From: Erysipelotrichia bacterium
GTDB taxonomy: Bacteria; Bacillota_I; Bacilli_A; RFN20; CAG-826
NCBI GenBank assembly: GCA_012522695.1
Contig: JAAYJX010000147.1
Location: forward strand, 1-60,086
Length of the DNA: 60,086 nt
Direction: 5' to 3'
Shown: piece by piece, positions 56,005-60,086 of the stretch
Position numbering within the stretch: position 1 is the first letter of the stretch
How the letters are laid out: each line of letters begins with the position of its first letter
Translations under genes and position numbers: made by a program
Notes under the pieces: generated by a model
Told to the model about the DNA's origin: nothing
Database searches by the model: none
Seen by the model: the letters and a program-made list of their open reading frames with translations, nothing else

Positions 56005-56040
56005 TTATTTTTTCGTTCTTCTTAAAAATAATTTACTCAT
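56005..56040 (-). other. 11-codon mini-ORF (MSKLFLRRTKK) in frame with the ABC fusion gene and separated from it by a single TAA
   Basis: The - strand reads ATGAGTAAATTATTTTTAAGAAGAACGAAAAAATAA followed directly by ATG. AGGA lies 10 nt upstream, and there is no SD before the annotated ATG. Confidence 0.35.
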
Positions 56041-56059
56041 TTGTTTAAATTCCTATCGC

Positions 56060-56088
56060 ATTATAGCAAATAAAAAAGTAGTTGTTAA
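56060..56088 (-). promoter_or_regulatory. Promoter of the ABC operon: TTAACA-17-(TGC)TATAAT
   Basis: Reverse complement of 56060-56065 is TATAAT, preceded by TGC (extended -10). The -35 TTAACA lies at 56088-56083. Confidence 0.5.
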
Positions 56089-56134
56089 GAGTAATAATGC
56101 AAGAATATTATATTAATAATATGCTATAAACATC

Positions 56135-56169
56135 TAAAAACATGCAAATATTAATAAAAACATGCAAAT
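56135..56169. repeat. Two perfect 15-bp direct repeats TAAAAACATGCAAAT starting 20 bp apart
   Basis: Copies at 56135-56149 and 56155-56169, about 50-85 nt upstream of the -35 of the ABC operon promoter. Confidence 0.75.
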
Positions 56170-56305
56170 CGCTATTAATTTTTATTATTTTAATTTTGAA
56201 TTTCTAATCATAAATATCTATTTTGTAGAGTAAAAAAAACTTAAAAAATATCGGTTTTTTCAATATTAAAAAGAATAATAGATTTTTGCAAACTTTAAAA
56301 AGAGA

Positions 56306-57214
56306 TTATTTTATAATTATTTTATTATAATTTGCGAAGTGTTTTTTACAAATTTTATTAAGTTCTTCAAACCCGAAAAGTTCAAGGAATTGTTTGGCGA
56401 AATCTGTAACGATTTGCGAGGCACCAAGCGGGAATTTTAACTTATATTTTTTGTTGAATTTTTCGATTTCAATTAAAAAAGTATAACGGGCAATAACGCT
56501 TGCTAAAGCGACACTTGCGTAAGAACTTTCGGCACGAGTCTCAAAGATAATATTTCTAACAACTTCTTTCTCATTTTGTAAATATTTATAATACTTTTTC
56601 TCATTAACAAATTGATCAACAAAAATATTATTAATCGTAGGAAACTTTTTCTTTAAATTTAAAAGTGCTTGATTATGAAGGCGCGCTTTCATCTCGTGAG
56701 CATTCATTTTTGTTTCACTTAAAAGATTATATTTTTCATTACGTAAAATTAATAAAGAGTAAGAAAAGCGTTTAATTAATTTCGGTGTAATTTTTAAAAT
56801 ATAGGCATCACTCATCTTTTTTGAATCAGTCACTTTATATTTTTTTAAAAGTTTAATATCTTCATAAGGAACGTACGCAGCACACACAACAAGCGGACCA
56901 AAAAAATCTCCGACCCCTGATTCATCACTGCCAATTTGCGAGACGTTAGGATTTATAATTTGCGTTACTTCCTCTTCTAATAATAAGTCACTTTGCCAAA
57001 GACGCGCTTCTAAAAAGGCGTCCTCACCAACAAAGGTAATTTTATTCTTGCGACCCTTTGTATTAAAAAAACAAGTAATTCTTACGTTGCCCTTTTCGCT
57101 AGCAAAAAGAACGTAAGGATGATTAACGTTAATTCTAAATTTTTCGTAATACTTTTTAAGTTCTAAAACTTCATCATGGGTTAGCTCAAGCGTAATGTAT
57201 TTATTTGTTGACAT
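56306..57214 (-). CDS. rnhC: Ribonuclease HIII
   Basis: N-terminal DUF3378-like domain plus the catalytic motif GSDESGVGDFFGPLVV; 302 aa; neighbour of mutS2 as in Bacillus. Confidence 0.88.
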   Translation of the reverse strand: MSTNKYITLELTHDEVLELKKYYEKFRINVNHPYVLFASEKGNVRITCFFNTKGRKNKITFVGEDAFLEARLWQSDLLLEEEVTQIINPNVSQIGSDESGVGDFFGPLVVCAAYVPYEDIKLLKKYKVTDSKKMSDAYILKITPKLIKRFSYSLLILRNEKYNLLSETKMNAHEMKARLHNQALLNLKKKFPTINNIFVDQFVNEKKYYKYLQNEKEVVRNIIFETRAESSYASVALASVIARYTFLIEIEKFNKKYKLKFPLGASQIVTDFAKQFLELFGFEELNKICKKHFANYNKIIIK

Positions 57215-57280
57215 AAAATTATTTTAGCATAATTGATTACTACAAGTAATAGAGCTAACATTTTGTGCTAATATTAAAGC

Positions 57281-59584
57281 ATGTTAGATATTTATCAAAC
57301 ATTAGAATTTAATGCAATAAGACTGAAAATAGCTTCATTCACACAAAGTGAAAAAGGTAAAAGCCGTATTTTAAATTTAAAAATGTATGAAGAAACTATT
57401 TTAAAAGAAGTCTTAGAATTTTTAGATGAATTAGTCATTTTAAATTTACGCTATGGCAATTTACCAATTCTTAATTCAAAAGATTTAGAGCAAATGATGG
57501 CCTTTGCCTTAAAGGGCGGAACTTTAGATGTTTTAGAATTAGAAGCGATTGCCTATGATGTTCTTATTAGTTTGAAATTAATTAAAAGTTTAGAAAAAAG
57601 AGGCCAAGAGTTTCCTTTAATTCAAAAGAAAATAAAAGAAATTAGCCTTTTAGATAAAATTGAACAACAAATTCATCACGTTATCGCCCCTGATTTAACT
57701 ATTTTTGATCATGCTTCAAAAACTTTAGCAAATATTCGTAAACAATTAAAAGAAAAAGAAGCGAAATTACATTCACAAATGCAAAAGGCGATGGTGAACC
57801 TAAGCGAATACCTCGGTGAGGCCCTTATTACAATTCGTAATGGACATTTTGTTTTGCCGATAAAAACAATTCATAAAAATAAAGCAAGAGGTATTATCCA
57901 CGATTTAAGTGACTCTGGAGCAACGACTTTTATTGAACCTGACTGGGCTGTTGAGTTAAATAACGAACTTTATTTATTAAAAAAAGAAGAAAGTGAAGAA
58001 ATTAAACGCTTACTTAATAAATTAACTTTATTAGTTTGTGAGCATTCATTTGATATTTTGAAAAATAATGAAATTATTGCGCTTTTTGATTATACACAAG
58101 CAAAAGCATTATACGCTTTAAAAAATGAAGCGATAGTCGCATCACTACAAAAAGACAAAATAATTGACTTAAAAAAAGCAAGACACCCTTTGATTGACCC
58201 GTTAAAAGTCGTCGGTAATGATTTTTACTTTGATCAAGAAAATTACATTATTGTGATAAGTGGACCTAACGCTGGCGGAAAAACCGTTGCCTTAAAAACA
58301 CTTGCCCTAATGGTGTTAATGAATCAATGTGGCCTAGCATTACCAACTTCTCAACAAGCAAGACTAAGTTATTTCAATAATATATATGCAGATATCGGTG
58401 ATCAACAATCACTTTTTTCTAATTTATCGACTTTTTCAAGTCATATTAAAAATTTAAGTTATATTGCCGAAAACGTTACATCAAAAGATCTCGTTATTTT
58501 AGATGAAATCGGTACGGGTACATCACCATTAGAAGGTGAGGCAATTGCTATCTCGTATTTAAATTATTTAAAAGAAAAGAAAGTGTTTACTTTTTCGTCA
58601 TCTCATTATGATGGCTTAAAAAATTATGCTTTAAATGAAGCCGGCGTTATTAATGCTTCAGTTTTATTTGATGAAGAAAAAATGATGCCAACTTATGTTT
58701 TAAAGATGAATGTTCCTGGACGAAGTTATGGGCTTGAAGTTGCAATGAAATTTAATTTGCAAGAAGACATTGTTTTAAAAGCAAAAGATTATTTAACAAA
58801 AAGTGGTCTTGAAGATAGTAATCAAGCCCTGACTAACCTTCAAAAACTAATAAACGAAAACGAGACGATTAATAAGGATTTAAAGAAAAAAACAAGCGAA
58901 TTGCAGCTAAAAGAAGAAAAATTAGCGACTTTAGAAGAAAAAATAAAAAACGAACAACAACAATTATTTTTAGAAAGCGAAGAAATTAAAAAAGAATTAA
59001 TTAAAAAAGCAAAAGAAGATATTGATCTAATTTTTCAAAAATCACAAGACGAAAATTTAAAACTTCATGAAGTAATTAAAGTAAAAAAAGAGCTTGATAA
59101 TTTAGTTAAAACGCCTTTAAAAGAAGAAGAAATTTATGATGAAAATATTAATGAAGGCGATTATGTTTTAATTGCAAATTTAAATATTGAGGGGCGCGTT
59201 AAACAAAAAAGGACAAACAAGTTAGTTATCGTTACAGCCGAAGGATTAACATTTCAAACATCTTTAGAAGGCGTTAAAAAAATAAGTCCTCCAAAAAAGA
59301 AAAAAGAAGTTGAAGTTATTAGCACGCCACAAATTATGGACGTTAAACTTGAACTAAATATTATTGGTTTATACGTTGATGAAGCAATGCCAATTGTTAT
59401 GAAATATTTAGATAACGCTCGTTTAAAACGTTTTAAACAAGTAAGAATTATTCATGGTTTTGGTAAAGGGGCTTTACGTAAGGCACTCCATGAATATTTA
59501 AAACAATGCTCATTCGTTGAAAGTTATCGTCTTGGCGGTGAACATGAAGGTGGCGGCGGGGCAACAATTATTATATTTAAATGA
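57281..59584 (+). CDS. mutS2: Endonuclease MutS2 (MutS domain plus C-terminal Smr)
   Basis: Walker A GPNAGGKT, DEIGTGTSP, a coiled-coil middle region, and an Smr domain (LNIIGLYVDEAM...IIHGFGKGALRKAL); 767 aa. Confidence 0.92.
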   Translation: MLDIYQTLEFNAIRLKIASFTQSEKGKSRILNLKMYEETILKEVLEFLDELVILNLRYGNLPILNSKDLEQMMAFALKGGTLDVLELEAIAYDVLISLKLIKSLEKRGQEFPLIQKKIKEISLLDKIEQQIHHVIAPDLTIFDHASKTLANIRKQLKEKEAKLHSQMQKAMVNLSEYLGEALITIRNGHFVLPIKTIHKNKARGIIHDLSDSGATTFIEPDWAVELNNELYLLKKEESEEIKRLLNKLTLLVCEHSFDILKNNEIIALFDYTQAKALYALKNEAIVASLQKDKIIDLKKARHPLIDPLKVVGNDFYFDQENYIIVISGPNAGGKTVALKTLALMVLMNQCGLALPTSQQARLSYFNNIYADIGDQQSLFSNLSTFSSHIKNLSYIAENVTSKDLVILDEIGTGTSPLEGEAIAISYLNYLKEKKVFTFSSSHYDGLKNYALNEAGVINASVLFDEEKMMPTYVLKMNVPGRSYGLEVAMKFNLQEDIVLKAKDYLTKSGLEDSNQALTNLQKLINENETINKDLKKKTSELQLKEEKLATLEEKIKNEQQQLFLESEEIKKELIKKAKEDIDLIFQKSQDENLKLHEVIKVKKELDNLVKTPLKEEEIYDENINEGDYVLIANLNIEGRVKQKRTNKLVIVTAEGLTFQTSLEGVKKISPPKKKKEVEVISTPQIMDVKLELNIIGLYVDEAMPIVMKYLDNARLKRFKQVRIIHGFGKGALRKALHEYLKQCSFVESYRLGGEHEGGGGATIIIFK

Positions 59585-60086
59585 AAAAGCAAATTGAACA
59601 AAGCCTTTTAACTCTAAGTCAAAAGCCTGGCGTTTACTTAATGAAAAATAAGCTAGGCGAAATTATTTATATTGGCAAAGCCAAAAACTTAAAAAATCGC
59701 GTTAGTCAATATTTTCTTCGCCCGCAAGCTGGACGTGTTGCAGCGATGGTCTTTGAAGTTGAAGATTTCGCAACAATTATTACAAAAAATGAAAAAGAAG
59801 CTTTTATTTTAGAGATGAATTTAATTAAAGAACATTATCCTCGTTTTAATATTTTATTAAAAGATGATAAACATTATCCATATATCGCCTTAAGAAAAAA
59901 GAAAAGCCCAGTTTTAAAAATTACACGAAACGATTTAGATAAAAACTTTTTTTATTTTGGCCCTTTTCCAACCTCGACACATGCTTATGAAATTATTAAC
60001 TTATTAAATAAAATTTTTCCTTTACAAAAATGCAAAGTTTTACCAAAAATACCTTGTCTTTATTATCATCTTGGTCAATGTTTAGC
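59581..60086 (+). CDS. uvrC: Excinuclease ABC subunit C, 5' part (truncated by the window end)
   Basis: ATGA overlap with mutS2. GIY-YIG domain: PGVYLMKNKLGEIIYIGKAKNLKNRVSQYF... Confidence 0.9.
   Translation, partial: MKKQIEQSLLTLSQKPGVYLMKNKLGEIIYIGKAKNLKNRVSQYFLRPQAGRVAAMVFEVEDFATIITKNEKEAFILEMNLIKEHYPRFNILLKDDKHYPYIALRKKKSPVLKITRNDLDKNFFYFGPFPTSTHAYEIINLLNKIFPLQKCKVLPKIPCLYYHLGQCL

Noticed and set aside
1-60086. Searched for mobile elements, prophage remnants, toxin-antitoxin pairs, restriction-modification or other defence genes, and for rRNA/tRNA genes. Also asked whether TGA might encode Trp (genetic code 4).
   Set aside because: No integrase, transposase, recombinase, terminal inverted repeats or tRNA-like sequences were seen. 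Every spacer longer than 100 bp is accounted for by leaders or promoters. TGA terminates well-conserved proteins (rsmH, glgP, mutS2, ROK kinase) at their expected lengths, so the standard code applies.

Overview
This is a 60-kb chromosomal window from a low-GC genome that uses the standard genetic code. TGA acts as a stop at the ends of rsmH, glgP, mutS2 and the ROK kinase gene. Gene order strongly resembles Bacillus-type Firmicutes. The cell-division (dcw) cluster is reduced to mraZ-rsmH-(ftsL-like)-ftsA-ftsZ, with no PBP, mur or ftsW genes. That reduction suggests an Acholeplasma-like wall-less Mollicute or a close relative; this is an inference, not proven. Almost everything is housekeeping. 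On the + strand: a CcpA-like LacI regulator and tyrS; ezrA, a cysteine desulfurase and thiI; dnaB(Firmicute type)-dnaI; glgB, glgP, a dimeric dUTPase-like protein and an M42 peptidase; a DUF45 peptidase, a TrmH methylase, pheST and DUF177; the dcw/ftsAZ cluster; ileS-lspA-rluD; mutS2 and the start of uvrC. On the - strand: rpsD; thrS and infC-rpmI-rplT; glucokinase-like ROK and pfkA; nrnA, dnaE, polA and a fused mutM-coaE; ackA; rnhC. RNA and regulatory elements readable from the sequence: three T-box leaders (thrS ACC, pheS UUC, ileS AUC), an L20-type leader with attenuator before infC, a long rpsD leader, three 10-bp-phased AAAGTGG MraZ boxes, DnaA boxes plus a duplicated 23-bp motif before dnaB-dnaI, and cre-like palindromes. 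No rRNA, tRNA, CRISPR, transposase, integrase or recognisable defence genes were found. The least ordinary content is envelope-related. Three lipoproteins share a lipobox followed by Asp-Pro-Thr tandem-repeat linkers: one very acidic with 33-bp repeats, one an endonuclease I-type nuclease, and one of 711 aa with unknown function. The best candidate for an undescribed system is a - strand operon at 49.4-56.0 kb. It encodes an ABC ATPase fused to a large YwaF/TP0381-like polytopic domain, a 574-aa permease, an Ig-like anchored protein and the 711-aa lipoprotein. An in-frame 11-codon mini-ORF precedes it. All family assignments come from motif recognition by eye; no searches were run.
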